The notes beneath the pieces were generated by a model. It was not told the DNA's origin. It saw nothing but the letters and a program-made list of their open reading frames with translations, and made no database searches. From NCBI GenBank assembly GCA_902779035.1, contig CACZAH010000004.1, positions 12,452-76,451 of the forward strand: a DNA stretch of 64,000 bases, written 5' to 3'. Source of the stretch: an uncultured Erysipelotrichaceae bacterium. GTDB lineage: Bacteria > Bacillota_I > Bacilli_A > RF39 > UBA660. The position numbers and the translations under genes are program-made. Positions 49,202 to 60,500 of the stretch are shown here, piece by piece (position 1 is the first letter of the stretch; each line of letters begins with the position of its first letter).

Positions 49202-52117
49202 ATGTTTGTACCACTTAATATAAAAACTGATTCATACCTGCAATCTAGTATGATTAGTATTAAATCATTAATTAATTATGCCGTAAAAAACAATTTACAT
49301 GCACTTACTATTACTGATAATAATATGTACGGTGTAATTGATTTTTATAAGGCTTGTATTAATAATAATATTAAACCTATTGTAGGATTGGAAGTTAAAA
49401 TAGACGGATTTATCATTATATTATATGCGAAAGGTTATGAAGGTTATCTTAATTTAGTTAAGTTATCTACATTACAAAGTGAAGAAAAAATAGACATACT
49501 AAAATTAGTTAGTCTAAGTAGTGACTTATTATGTATAATTCCTTATGAAAGTATAAATATGTATGATAAATTAAAAGACTACTTTAATGATTTATTCATA
49601 TCTTATAAAAATAAAGAAGAAAGAAATAATATTAAATATAGTAATAGGGTATATATGAATGGAGTATATTATCTTAAGCAAAGTAATTATAAATATATGA
49701 AGTATTTAGAAGCGATTAGAGAAGGACTAACTGTTAAGTTTATTGATACTGATTATAAAGATAATTATTTAAAATTAGAAAGTGATATTATAAATGATGA
49801 TATTAATAATAATTATTATATTTGTGATATTTGTAACTTAGAGATTAAATTTAATAATGATATATTACCTAAATATAATAATAGTCTTGGTATAAGTAGT
49901 TTTGAATATTTAAAAAGATTGTGTATAAGCGGAGCTAAAAAAAGATTTGGAGATTGTATTGGTAAGACTTATCAAGATAGACTAAAATATGAATTATCGA
50001 TTATAGATAAGATGGGATTCAGTGATTATTTTTTAATAGTATCTGATTATGTTAATTTTGCTAAGAAAACTGATATTATAGTAGGTAGTGGTAGAGGTAG
50101 TGCGGTAGGAAGTCTAGTTGCATATTTACTTAATATTACTGATGTAGATCCTTTAAAATATGATTTATTATTTGAGAGATTCTTAAATCCAGAACGTGTA
50201 AGCATGCCTGATATAGATGTAGATTTTGAACATGATAAAAGGGATACAGTAATTAATTACTGTATGAATAAATATGGTATAAAGAAAGTTGCGCCCATTA
50301 TTTCCTTTGATACGTTAGGTGCGAAAGCTGCAATTCGTGACTTGGGTAGGTGTCTTGGCATTAGTAATAACTATGTTGATAGTATTTGTAAGCTACTTGA
50401 TTCAAGACTAACTTTATCTGATAATTATAAGACTAATAAAAGATTAAAAGAGTTTTTAAGTAGAAAAAAAGAGTTATATGATTTATATGTAGATGCATCT
50501 TATTTTGAAGGTTTAAAAAGACATACATCAATACATGCATCAGGTATAGTTATATCTAGTGTTGATTTAGATAATGTTATACCACTAGATTTTCACAATA
50601 CATTTTATACTAGTGGCTATGATAAGACATTTTTAGAAGAAATAGGCTTACTTAAGATGGACTTTTTGGGTATTAAGTATTTGACTACAATACATAATAT
50701 AATAGATTTAGTTAATATTACACATAATACTAATATTAAGTTTGATGATATTACTATTGATAATGAAGCTATTAACATATTTACTAAAGCAGATACTGTA
50801 GGTATATTTCAGTTTGAATCAGCAGGTATGATTAATTTCTTAAGTAAGTTTAAACCTAGTACTTTTGAAGATATAGTAGCATGTATTGCCTTATATAGAC
50901 CCGGTCCTATGAAAAATATTGATATATTTATACGAAGAAAGCATGGGCTTGAGAAAATTGATTACATAGATGATTCTTTAAAAGAAATATTAAAACCTAC
51001 TTATGGTATTATTGTATATCAGGAACAGATTATGCAGATTGCGCATGTGATGGCTAGGTTTAGTTTAGCTGAAGCTGATGTGCTTAGAAAAGCTATGAGT
51101 AAAAAGAAAAAAGATATATTAGAAAAAGAGAGAGATAATTTTATTAGTAGAAGTATAAAAAATGGATATAGTAGCGAGGTCGCAACTAAGGTATATAATC
51201 TAATGCTTAGGTTTGCTGAGTATGGGTTTAATAAATCTCATTCAGTTGGATATTCAGTAGTATCAGGTAAAATGGCATATCTAAAAGCGCACTATAGATG
51301 TGAATTTTATACCTCTTTACTTGATAGTGAAAAAGGTTCAAAAGATAAAGTTAAGTATTATATTTATGAACTACGTAAATATGGTATTGATGTAGAAAGT
51401 CCTTCTATTAATTTAAGTACAAATAGTTTTACAATTAATAATAATAAAATTATATATCCACTAACTAGTATTAAAGGTATTAATTTAAGTGTTGCAGGCG
51501 CGATTATTGAAGAGAGAAATAATGGCCTATATAAAGATATATTTGATTTTATAAGCAGATGTTTATCTAAAACTATTAATAAGAAAGTTATTAGTGCATT
51601 AATACTTGCGGGGTGCTTTGAAAACCAGGGATATAATCGGAAGACATTAATTGATAACTTAGATATAATTATTAATTATGGGGAATTATTAAATGATGTA
51701 GGAGATTATGCATTAAAGCCTGAGATTATGATAAAAGAAGAATATAATAGGCGTGAGATTATGAATATAGAGTTAGATTTGTTTGGTAATTATTTAAAGA
51801 ATAATCCAGTAAGTATTGCTAGAAATAAATACAATAACACTGTTATGATAAGTGATATAGAAAAATACTTTGATAGAGTAGTTAATATTATTATACTTGT
51901 TGATAGTATTAAAGAGATTAATACTAAGGATAACGATAAAATGGCGTTTATTAATGGTAGTGATGAACTATCTGATATATCGATAGTTTTATTTCCTAAA
52001 ACTTATGAGAAATACAATATAAGTAAAAATGATATTCTTTATGTAACTGGTAGAGTAGAAAAAAGATTTGATAAGTACCAGATAATTGCATCTAATTTAG
52101 AAAAAGTTATTTACTAG
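49202..52117 (+). CDS. dnaE: DNA polymerase III alpha subunit DnaE
   Basis: PHP N-terminus (FVPLNIKTDSYLQSS), GSGRGSAVGSLVAYLLNITDVDP, PDIDVDF, GIFQFES and FNKSHS. ATG 49202 follows ggagga. Confidence 0.92.
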   Translation: MFVPLNIKTDSYLQSSMISIKSLINYAVKNNLHALTITDNNMYGVIDFYKACINNNIKPIVGLEVKIDGFIIILYAKGYEGYLNLVKLSTLQSEEKIDILKLVSLSSDLLCIIPYESINMYDKLKDYFNDLFISYKNKEERNNIKYSNRVYMNGVYYLKQSNYKYMKYLEAIREGLTVKFIDTDYKDNYLKLESDIINDDINNNYYICDICNLEIKFNNDILPKYNNSLGISSFEYLKRLCISGAKKRFGDCIGKTYQDRLKYELSIIDKMGFSDYFLIVSDYVNFAKKTDIIVGSGRGSAVGSLVAYLLNITDVDPLKYDLLFERFLNPERVSMPDIDVDFEHDKRDTVINYCMNKYGIKKVAPIISFDTLGAKAAIRDLGRCLGISNNYVDSICKLLDSRLTLSDNYKTNKRLKEFLSRKKELYDLYVDASYFEGLKRHTSIHASGIVISSVDLDNVIPLDFHNTFYTSGYDKTFLEEIGLLKMDFLGIKYLTTIHNIIDLVNITHNTNIKFDDITIDNEAINIFTKADTVGIFQFESAGMINFLSKFKPSTFEDIVACIALYRPGPMKNIDIFIRRKHGLEKIDYIDDSLKEILKPTYGIIVYQEQIMQIAHVMARFSLAEADVLRKAMSKKKKDILEKERDNFISRSIKNGYSSEVATKVYNLMLRFAEYGFNKSHSVGYSVVSGKMAYLKAHYRCEFYTSLLDSEKGSKDKVKYYIYELRKYGIDVESPSINLSTNSFTINNNKIIYPLTSIKGINLSVAGAIIEERNNGLYKDIFDFISRCLSKTINKKVISALILAGCFENQGYNRKTLIDNLDIIINYGELLNDVGDYALKPEIMIKEEYNRREIMNIELDLFGNYLKNNPVSIARNKYNNTVMISDIEKYFDRVVNIIILVDSIKEINTKDNDKMAFINGSDELSDISIVLFPKTYEKYNISKNDILYVTGRVEKRFDKYQIIASNLEKVIY

Positions 52118-52249
52118 TTTTTTGTATTAGTCAAATATCGTTGATATATAAGTCTTAGTTGCATACAATATAGAGAATTTCCTTGATTTTTGTTTTTCTT
52201 AAAAATATGATATAATTAGTTAGTCGCAGATATTTTTTGAGGTGATAAA

Positions 52250-52759
52250 TTGAAAAACCATACAGATATAGAGTATTCTATGTTAGTTAAAGATATATTA
52301 GATAATGAAGAATTTAAGAAAATGGATGATATTAAACACCATAATTCTACAAGATTAGATCATTTAATGAAAGTGTCATACTACTCATATGTAGTTGCAA
52401 AAGCGCTTAAATTGAAATATAAAGAGGTAGCTCGAGCAGGCCTATTACATGACTTCTATTTTGGAAGAACTACTGATCACGATAAGTTTAAAGATAAAAT
52501 TAAACTATATACACATAATCATCCTAAAGAAGCTGTAAAGAATGCTAAGAAATACTTTGAAATAAATGCTATGGAAGCGGATATTATAGAATCACATATG
52601 TTTCCAATAGATATTAAAATACCTAAGTATTTAGAATCTTGGGTAGTTAGTGTAGTAGATAAAGTAGTTTCAACATACGAGTTCTACCATAAAGCATCAA
52701 AGAAATTAAAATATGGATTAAATTTAGGTTTTATATTGGTCTTAAACTTTTTAAAATAG
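52250..52759 (+). CDS. HD-domain phosphohydrolase
   Basis: HNSTRLDHLMKVS...GLLHDFY (H...HD). TTG start after gaggtga. Confidence 0.65.
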   Translation: MKNHTDIEYSMLVKDILDNEEFKKMDDIKHHNSTRLDHLMKVSYYSYVVAKALKLKYKEVARAGLLHDFYFGRTTDHDKFKDKIKLYTHNHPKEAVKNAKKYFEINAMEADIIESHMFPIDIKIPKYLESWVVSVVDKVVSTYEFYHKASKKLKYGLNLGFILVLNFLK

Positions 52760-52781
52760 TTTAAGACTTTATTATTATATA

Positions 52782-52807
52782 AAAAAAGCACTTGATTGTG
52801 CTTTTTA
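52782..52807. terminator. Bidirectional terminator between the HD-domain gene and rpsD
   Basis: aaaaaagcac-ttgatt-gtgcttttt. Confidence 0.8.
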
Positions 52808-53407
52808 TCTGTTGTAGAATTCAACGATTAATGATTCATTGATATCTGCATTAAGTTCGCTTCTTTCTGGATATCTAACATAAGTAGCTTCCATTTTATT
52901 CTCATCATAGTTGATGAATTCAACTCTTTTCTTTAAAGCTTCTAATGAAGATTTAATAATAGCTAATTCTTTATCAGAATCTTTAACAGAAATAACGTCA
53001 CCAACTTTGCATCTGTAAGATGGAATATCAACCTTAGAACCATTAACAGTAATATGCCCATGGTTAACTAGTTGTCTTGCGCCACGTCTTGTAGTTGCAA
53101 ACCCTGCTCGATATACTAAGTTATCTAAACGACTTTCTAGTAATTTTAAGAGATCTTCACCATGAACACCTTTAAGTTTACCAGCTTCAACGAAAGTTTT
53201 CTTAAATTGTTTTTCGTTTAATCCATACATAAATCTAACTTTTTGTTTTTCTTGTAATTGTACTCCGTAATCAGATAATTTCTTGGCTCTTTTCTGTCCA
53301 TGCATACCTGGCGCGTAAGGTTTCTTAGCAAGTTCTTTACCAGTTTCTAAAGTAGAGAACCCCAAACGACGACTCTTACGGTAAGTTGATTTTGTATATC
53401 TTGACAT
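52805..53407 (-). CDS. rpsD: 30S ribosomal protein S4
   Basis: MSRYTKSTYRKSRRLGFS...YGVQLQEKQKVRFMYG...LESRLDNLVYRAGFA.TRRGARQLVNHGHI.VNG. Confidence 0.96.
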   Translation of the reverse strand: MSRYTKSTYRKSRRLGFSTLETGKELAKKPYAPGMHGQKRAKKLSDYGVQLQEKQKVRFMYGLNEKQFKKTFVEAGKLKGVHGEDLLKLLESRLDNLVYRAGFATTRRGARQLVNHGHITVNGSKVDIPSYRCKVGDVISVKDSDKELAIIKSSLEALKKRVEFINYDENKMEATYVRYPERSELNADINESLIVEFYNR

Positions 53408-53547
53408 TTTCGCATCTCCTTTCTTCGAGGTGCGTACCTTTACAAATAACTAGGGTGAATATACTAATATCTTCATCTTTGCAGAAAGACTACCGATAAA
53501 TCCTAAAGATAATATCCACGTTAATTACCTTAAAGTTCCTGCACTCA
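53408..53547 (-). promoter_or_regulatory. Long (about 140 nt) rpsD 5' leader, candidate S4 autoregulatory mRNA structure
   Basis: The distance from the consensus promoter to the ATG defines the leader. It is locally GC-richer and has complementary segments (aggtg ... cacct). S4 autoregulation through the rpsD leader is known in Bacillus. Confidence 0.4.
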
Positions 53548-53554
53548 CCTAAGT

Positions 53555-53583
53555 ATTATAAGAATTTTTATGCTTGTTGTCAA
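53555..53583 (-). promoter_or_regulatory. Consensus sigma-A promoter of rpsD
   Basis: On the - strand: TTGACA, a 17-nt spacer, then TATAAT (plus-strand coordinates 53578-53583 and 53555-53560). Confidence 0.75.
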
Positions 53584-53671
53584 TAAGAAATAAACACTTT
53601 TTATAATAAAATTATAAAAAATAGTCGAAAAATGTAGAAATATATGATACAATCGTATTAAGGTGGTAAAA

Positions 53672-55396
53672 ATGATAAATCTAAATGATCCAAGAGTAGT
53701 GATAATTATATCATTAGTTGCTGTAATGGTATCAATAATTACAATGATTATCATTATTCGTAGTCGTAAAAAAAGAGTTATGAAACGTGCGATATCCGCA
53801 CTTGAAATAGAAAAGAATAAACTTGCATCAAGTCCAATTGTACCCGAACTTGCTAAGGTTGAATCATTTTTAAATAATGAGAAACTAGAAGTTATGTATA
53901 ATGAGTGGAGTGAAAGACTAAAAGATATAAAAGAAAATCAAGTTCCAAATCTATCTAATATGTTACTTGAAGCTGAGTATTCATTAAAACAAAAGGATTA
54001 TAAAAGTACTATATATAAGATAGCAAAGCTTGAGATGGAATTATATAAAGTAAAAACTAACTCAGAATTCTTACTTGGAGAGATCAAAGAAATAACTAAT
54101 AGTGAGTCTAAGAGTAGATCAGCAATTACTAAGTATCGTCAAGTATATCGGGAATTATATGATAAATTTATCGCAAGTAAGAACTCTTATGGCAAGTTTT
54201 CAGGTGTTGTTCAAGCTCAATTTGAAGTAATAGCTAAAAGATTTGAAGACTTTGAAACTATTATGGATAATAATGAGTTTGGTGAGGTTGCAACTATTAT
54301 AGGTATTATAGATGAACTTTTAAAACATATGGAAATAGTTATTGAAGAAGTTCCATCAATAGTATTACTTGTTTATAATGTGCTTCCTAAACGAATGGAA
54401 GAGATAGTAAATATTTATAATTCTATGGTTAGTGAGAATTATCCACTTGATTATTTAAATGTTGAAGATAATGTAACTGAAGCTAATAATAAGATAAAAG
54501 ATATAATTAGTCGTACAAAGTCATTAAACTTACAAGATAGTTTATATGAACTTAAAGTATTACTTGACTATTTTGATTCATTATTTATAGATTTTGAAAA
54601 TGAGAAAAGAGCTAGAACTAACTATAATAATAAACTTGATTCATTTAAAGAAAGACTAGATAAGATGAATAGTGTTGTTGGGGAGATTAATGAATCTATT
54701 GATAATCTAACTAATATCTATAATCTTACTGATGAAAAAGTAAAATTAATTAATGAAGTTAGTGCTTCACTTGTTAAGATTAATGAGAACTATAAAGCGC
54801 TTGGAGACCATACTGGCAATCACACATTTGCTTATTCTCAGCTATTAAATGAAGTAGAAGGATTAAGTAAAGAACTTGCAATATCTGAAGAAAAACTTGA
54901 TAGCGCTTTAAATGAAATAGGTACAATGCGTGATGATGAAGTAAGAGCTCGTCATCAATTAGAAGAAATTAAGATGGTACTTAAAGAATCTAAAGATAAA
55001 ATGAGAGATTATAATTTACCTGTAATACCTAATAGTTATTATATTGAGTTAAAAGAAGCATCTCTTGCTATTTCTGAGATAGTAAAAGAATTAGCTAAAA
55101 AACCAATTACAATAGATGTTTTAAATACTCGCGTTGATACAGCAAGAGATTTAGTATTAAAACTGTATGCTAAGACTAATGATTTATTAAAGTATGCTAG
55201 AATGAGCGAGGCTGCACTTGTATATGGTAATAGGTATCGTAGTAGTTTTAATGAGTTAAATAAAGAGTTAAATGTCTCAGAACAACTATTTTATAGAGGT
55301 GAATATAAGAAGTCACTTGCTAATACATTAAATATACTAAAAACGATAGATCCTAGTATCACAAATAGACTGAGAGGATTAAGTTTAGAAAATTAG
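53672..55396 (+). CDS. ezrA: Septation ring formation regulator EzrA
   Basis: N-terminal TM segment, long coiled coil and a C-terminal YGNRYRS...LN..L..SEQLFY motif, as in B. subtilis EzrA (FGNRYRS). Confidence 0.85.
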   Translation: MINLNDPRVVIIISLVAVMVSIITMIIIIRSRKKRVMKRAISALEIEKNKLASSPIVPELAKVESFLNNEKLEVMYNEWSERLKDIKENQVPNLSNMLLEAEYSLKQKDYKSTIYKIAKLEMELYKVKTNSEFLLGEIKEITNSESKSRSAITKYRQVYRELYDKFIASKNSYGKFSGVVQAQFEVIAKRFEDFETIMDNNEFGEVATIIGIIDELLKHMEIVIEEVPSIVLLVYNVLPKRMEEIVNIYNSMVSENYPLDYLNVEDNVTEANNKIKDIISRTKSLNLQDSLYELKVLLDYFDSLFIDFENEKRARTNYNNKLDSFKERLDKMNSVVGEINESIDNLTNIYNLTDEKVKLINEVSASLVKINENYKALGDHTGNHTFAYSQLLNEVEGLSKELAISEEKLDSALNEIGTMRDDEVRARHQLEEIKMVLKESKDKMRDYNLPVIPNSYYIELKEASLAISEIVKELAKKPITIDVLNTRVDTARDLVLKLYAKTNDLLKYARMSEAALVYGNRYRSSFNELNKELNVSEQLFYRGEYKKSLANTLNILKTIDPSITNRLRGLSLEN

Positions 55397-55468
55397 AAAA
55401 AAATAGTTTCATTTTAAAATAAATTATGGTAAAATGTTTACAGTGTATAAGAATTGGAGGAGAAAATA

Positions 55469-55873
55469 ATGGGTTTTATTAAGAATTTAATGAACAAAGA
55501 TAATAATGATGAAAACGAAATAAAAGAAAATGAATATTATGATATAAAGACAGAGGATGCTTATGATGAGAATGGTGGTACTAAGATGATTTTACTTGAG
55601 CCACGTGCATTTTCAGAATCACAACAGATTGCAGATCACTTAAAGAAAAGAAATACAGTAGTAGTTAATCTTAAAAGAGTAACTAGTGATCAAGCTAAAA
55701 GAATAGTTGACTTTTTAAGTGGTACTATATATGCAATAGGTGGAGACCTACAAAAGATAGGTGGAGGAATATTCTTATGTACTCCAAATAATATCAATGT
55801 TCAAGGTAAAATTACAGAGGAAACAACTGGTAAAGACATATATGATAATGATGATATAAATACTGAGTGGTAA
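55469..55873 (+). CDS. sepF: Cell division protein SepF
   Basis: [27 protein letters not shown]...[29 protein letters not shown]. Confidence 0.88.
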   Translation: MGFIKNLMNKDNNDENEIKENEYYDIKTEDAYDENGGTKMILLEPRAFSESQQIADHLKKRNTVVVNLKRVTSDQAKRIVDFLSGTIYAIGGDLQKIGGGIFLCTPNNINVQGKITEETTGKDIYDNDDINTEW

Positions 55874-55947
55874 TAGTTGTAAAAAATAATAAATTGTGAT
55901 AAAATACATTCAATTTCACTTAAGTGATTTCATTTAGAGGAGATAAT

Positions 55948-56427
55948 ATGGAGAAGTTTACTAGAACCATGCGTGGATATGATCCAAGCGAGGTTAATCG
56001 TTTTTTGGATAATGTAATTAAACAAGTAGACAAAATGGTTAAACTAATTAAAGAAAAAGATAGAGAGATTAAATTGCGTGATAAAAAGATTATGGAGTTA
56101 CAGATGCATATTGCTGAAACTAATAAACTTAGGGATAAAATTGCGCATTATGAACGTATGGAATCTACTTTAAGACAAGCTATAATTATGGCTCAAAAAA
56201 CTTCTGACCAAATTAAATCTAATGCATATCGCGAAAGTGAAGTAATAATAGATAATGCGAAAAAGAATGCATCAAGAATTGTGAATGAAGCATTGATGGA
56301 AGCAGAAAAAGCGGAAGTAGAAGCTAGTCGCATTAGAAGAAATGTTATTGTGTATAAAAGAAAATTAAAAGATTTATTACAAGCACAGCTATCCATGATA
56401 GAAGATATAGAAAAAGTTAATTTTTAA
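55948..56427 (+). CDS. divIVA: DivIVA-domain cell division protein
   Basis: F.RTMRGYDPSEVNRFLDNV N-terminal DivIVA domain followed by coiled coil. Confidence 0.85.
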   Translation: MEKFTRTMRGYDPSEVNRFLDNVIKQVDKMVKLIKEKDREIKLRDKKIMELQMHIAETNKLRDKIAHYERMESTLRQAIIMAQKTSDQIKSNAYRESEVIIDNAKKNASRIVNEALMEAEKAEVEASRIRRNVIVYKRKLKDLLQAQLSMIEDIEKVNF

Positions 56428-56430
56428 AAC

Positions 56431-56627
56431 AAATGATGAAGACGGTATATTATAATGTATCAAGAGAGTTAGTGTTGGCTGAGAACTAATTACTAGTAAT
56501 ATATAGATCACTTCTGATGTTTTATCGGTAATGCGTTATAATGTTAAGTGTATAAGTTTCTTATAAAATAGGGTGGTACCGCGATGACTAGTATTGTTGT
56601 CGTCCCTATATTATAAGAAATTTTTTT
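56431..56627 (+). promoter_or_regulatory. T-box leader (tRNA-Ile-responsive riboswitch)
   Basis: GA/K-turn tgatga and AG-bulge agagag. Specifier-loop candidate AUC-A at 56507-56510. Canonical T-box sequence aaatagggtggtaccgcg at 56566-56583, with the variable base T to pair with discriminator A73. A downstream helix and T-run follow. It sits in the divIVA-ileS position where Firmicutes carry an Ile T-box. Confidence 0.8.
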
Positions 56628-56639
56628 GGAGGTATTAAT

Positions 56640-57599
56640 ATGATAGTTACAATATGTTTGTTTGTAGGTATTATGTTTTTAGTAGTTGGTACATTTATTA
56701 TGATAGAAGGCTTTAAAGACTTATCTAATAGGTTACATAATTCTACTTTAGCAACTGGGCTTACGGTTATTGCTTTTGCAACAAGTATACCAGAGCTACT
56801 TGTAAGTATAAGAGCAATTATTAAAGGATATAATGATATAGTAATATTTAATGTAATAGGTAGTAATATAATTAATATACTATTAATACTAAGTATAGTT
56901 AGTTTTATTAAACCACTTAAGATGACAACAACAGTAATAAAAAAAGAGTTGCCTTTATCTATAATGACTGCTGCTTTATTTATTATATTATCTCTTGATG
57001 ATTTAATAAGTCCTAGTAAGAGTAATATACTTACTAGATCTGATGCATTAGTACTAGTATTATTCTTTATTGTATATCTATATTACATGTATACAGTTAT
57101 TAAAAATAGAAGTGAGTATAAAACCTATGAGAGTCCTAGATATAAATTGAGTTATGCAATAATGCTTTCAGTACTAGGTTTTGCGATGGTATTTGTAGGT
57201 AGTATATTTACAGTAGATATGGCTTATAAAATATCTACATATGGAGTTAGTTTAAAATTAGTAAGTGCATCACTAATTGCTTTTGCAACCTCAATACCTG
57301 AGTTAATTACGTGCTACCACTTTATGAAAAATAATGATGAAGATGCAATAATAGGAAATATTTTAGGAAGTAATATATTTAATATTTGCATTACACTTGC
57401 AATTCCTGTTATAATAGTAGGAAAATTAAATATGAATTCATTATCTGTAATTGATGCATTTAATTTTATAACAGCAACAATTATACTTATAATATTCGCA
57501 CCTATTAGAAATAAGATAGGGAAGTTTGAAAGTATTATAATGTTGACACTTTTATTAATATATTATGGATTTATACTTTGGGAGGGAATGAGTTTATGA
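56640..57599 (+). CDS. CaCA-family cation/Ca2+ (Na+/Ca2+) exchanger, YrbG-like
   Basis: About 10 TM segments with two alpha-repeats, AFATSIPELLVS and AFATSIPELITC. The TGA stop overlaps the ileS ATG (ATGA). Confidence 0.8.
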   Translation: MIVTICLFVGIMFLVVGTFIMIEGFKDLSNRLHNSTLATGLTVIAFATSIPELLVSIRAIIKGYNDIVIFNVIGSNIINILLILSIVSFIKPLKMTTTVIKKELPLSIMTAALFIILSLDDLISPSKSNILTRSDALVLVLFFIVYLYYMYTVIKNRSEYKTYESPRYKLSYAIMLSVLGFAMVFVGSIFTVDMAYKISTYGVSLKLVSASLIAFATSIPELITCYHFMKNNDEDAIIGNILGSNIFNICITLAIPVIIVGKLNMNSLSVIDAFNFITATIILIIFAPIRNKIGKFESIIMLTLLLIYYGFILWEGMSL

Positions 57600-60500
57600 A
57601 ATTTAAAGAATTAAGTAAAAGTTCTACAAGTGGTGTAGAAAGTAAAATATCAAGTAATTGGAAGAAAATAAATATTTTAGATAAGACTATAGAAAATAGA
57701 GAAGGTTGCGAAGACTTCGTATTTTATGATGGCCCAATCTATGCCAATGCAAAGCCTGGTATCCACCATGTATTTGCGAAAACTATAAAAGATTCTTTTT
57801 GTAAATATAAGACAATGAAAGGTAAACGTGTACTTAGAAAAATAGGATTAGATACACATGGATTACCAATTGAGGTTAATGTTGAGAAGAAACTAGGTTT
57901 TAAATCAAAAGCAGATATTGAGTTTTTTGGTATTGAGAATTTCTGCAAAGAGTGTAATAAAGCAACAGCTACTAATATTGATGAGGTAAACCATGTTACA
58001 GATATGATGGGCCAATTTATAGATTGTGATAATCCTTATATTACATGTACTAATGATTATATTGAATCTGAATGGTGGATTATTAAAGAGATGGATAAAT
58101 TAGGTTTAATCTATCATGGTAATAAAGTATTATGGTATTGTCCTAGATGTGGAACTGAACTATCTAGTAATGAAGTATCACAGGGATATGAAAATGTATC
58201 CGTTAATTCATTAATTTTACCATTTAAAGTAAAAGATGATGATTGCTATTTCTTAGTATGGACAACAACTCCTTGGACATTAATAGCTAATGTTGGTTTA
58301 TGTGTTAACCCTGATTATACGTATTTGCGTGTTGAGTCAATGGGGTATAAATTTATTATTTGTGAGAGTCTTGCTGATAAAGTATTAGGTGATGAATATA
58401 AAGTATTAGAAAAATTTAAAGGTGTTGATTTAGTAGGTACTAAGTATGAACAATTACTTCCATTTGTTGAGGTTGAAGGTAAGTGTTTTGAGGTAATTGC
58501 TGATAGTTATGTAACTGATTCTGACGGTACAGGTATTGTACATATTGCTCCTGCATATGGTGAAGATGATAATAGAGTATGTCGCGAGAATGGTTTTGGT
58601 TTTGTAAATCCAGTTGGACCAGATGGATGTTATACTGAAGGTCCTTGGAAAGGACGTCTTGTTACTGATAAAGAGTTAGAACTAGATATTATTAAATACT
58701 TAAAAGAAAATGATAAATTATTTAAGAAAATAAAGATTAACCATGATTATCCACATTGTTGGAGATGTCACGAGGCACTTATTTCTTATCCAAAACCAGC
58801 ATGGTATGTTAAAACTACTGCATATAAAGATAAGATTATTGAAGAAAATAATAAGATTAATTGGTATCCAGAATATATTGGGACAAAAAGATTTTCTAAC
58901 TGGCTTGATAATATGGTAGACTGGGGTATATCTCGTAATAGATATTGGGGTTGTCCAATGCCTATTTGGGAGTGCGAGTGTGGTAAGCATATAGTAATAG
59001 GATCACTTGCTGAATTACAAGATCAAGTAATTGAAGATGTAAATATTAAAGATATAGAACTTCATAGACCCTATGTTGATGATTTACACATTAAGTGTGA
59101 ATGTGGTAAGACAATGACTCGTGTAAAAGATGTAATGGATGTGTGGTTTGATTCAGGTGTAATGCCTTATGCACAGTTTCATTATCCATTTGAAAATAAA
59201 GAATTATTTGAATCACAATTTCCAGCTGATTTTATCGCAGAAGGTGTTGATCAAACTAGAGGTTGGTTCTATGTGTTGCTTGTAATATCAACAATTATTT
59301 CAGGTAAGAGCAGTTTTAAAAATGTTGTAGTTAATGATATGATGCTAGATGCTAAAGGTAAGAAGATGAGTAAATCAACTGGTAATATTATAGATCCAGT
59401 AGATATTATGACTAAATACGGAGCAGACCCAATTAGATGGTATATGTTATCAGCTTCTCCAGTGTATACTCCTTTAAAATTTGATGAGGAAGGAGTAAAA
59501 GAGGTTATATCTAAGTTCTTTAATACACTTAAAAATACTTATAATTTCTTTGCTATATATGCAAATGCAGATAATATTGATCCAGCTGAGTTTAATATTC
59601 CATATAATTCTAGAGCAGAGATAGATAAATGGTTACTATCTAAATATAATAAATTAGTATGTAATGTAACTAATTATATGGATAGTTATGATTTAACTAG
59701 TACAGTTAGAAGTATTCAAAACTTTGTAGTTGAAGATTTATCTAACTGGTATATTAGAAGAAACAGAAGAAGATTCTGGTCTAGTGTTATGGATGATGAT
59801 AAAAAGGCTGTTTATAATACTACTTATGAAGTATTATTAGGTTTAACTAAATTAATCGCACCTATCGCACCATTTGTATCAGAAGATATTTATACCCATC
59901 TTAAAAACAAACAGTCAGTTCACCTAGAAGATTATCCAGTATCAAATGAATCATTAATAGATGAAAAGATTGAAGAGAGAATGGATCTCGTAAGACATAT
60001 AATATCTCTTGGCAGAAATATTAGAGAAGAGGTTAAAATTAAAGTTAGACAGCCTATTAGTGAAGCTCTAATTGATGCAAAGAATAAAGATTTAATATCT
60101 GATTTAACTCCACTTATAAAAGAAGAATTAAATGTTAAAGATGTTACATTTATAGATGATATATCTACTTATATGAACTTTAGTGTAAAACCTAACTTTA
60201 AAGAAGTTGGTAAAGTGTTAGGACCTAAAATTAAGGAATTCCAAGCTAAGTTACAAGAATTAAGAAATGAAGATATTAATAATTTAAGAAATAATAAAGA
60301 TATAACTATAAAACTTGATAATGAAGATTTTACAGTAGAATCTAATATGGTATTAATTAATTCAATATCTAAAGAAGGATTTGATGTAGCTTTAGAAGAT
60401 AATGACTTTATTATACTAAATACAGAATTAACTCCTGAATTAATTAATGAAGGCATAGCCCGTGAATTTGTATCTAAAGTACAGAATTTGCGCAAACAAA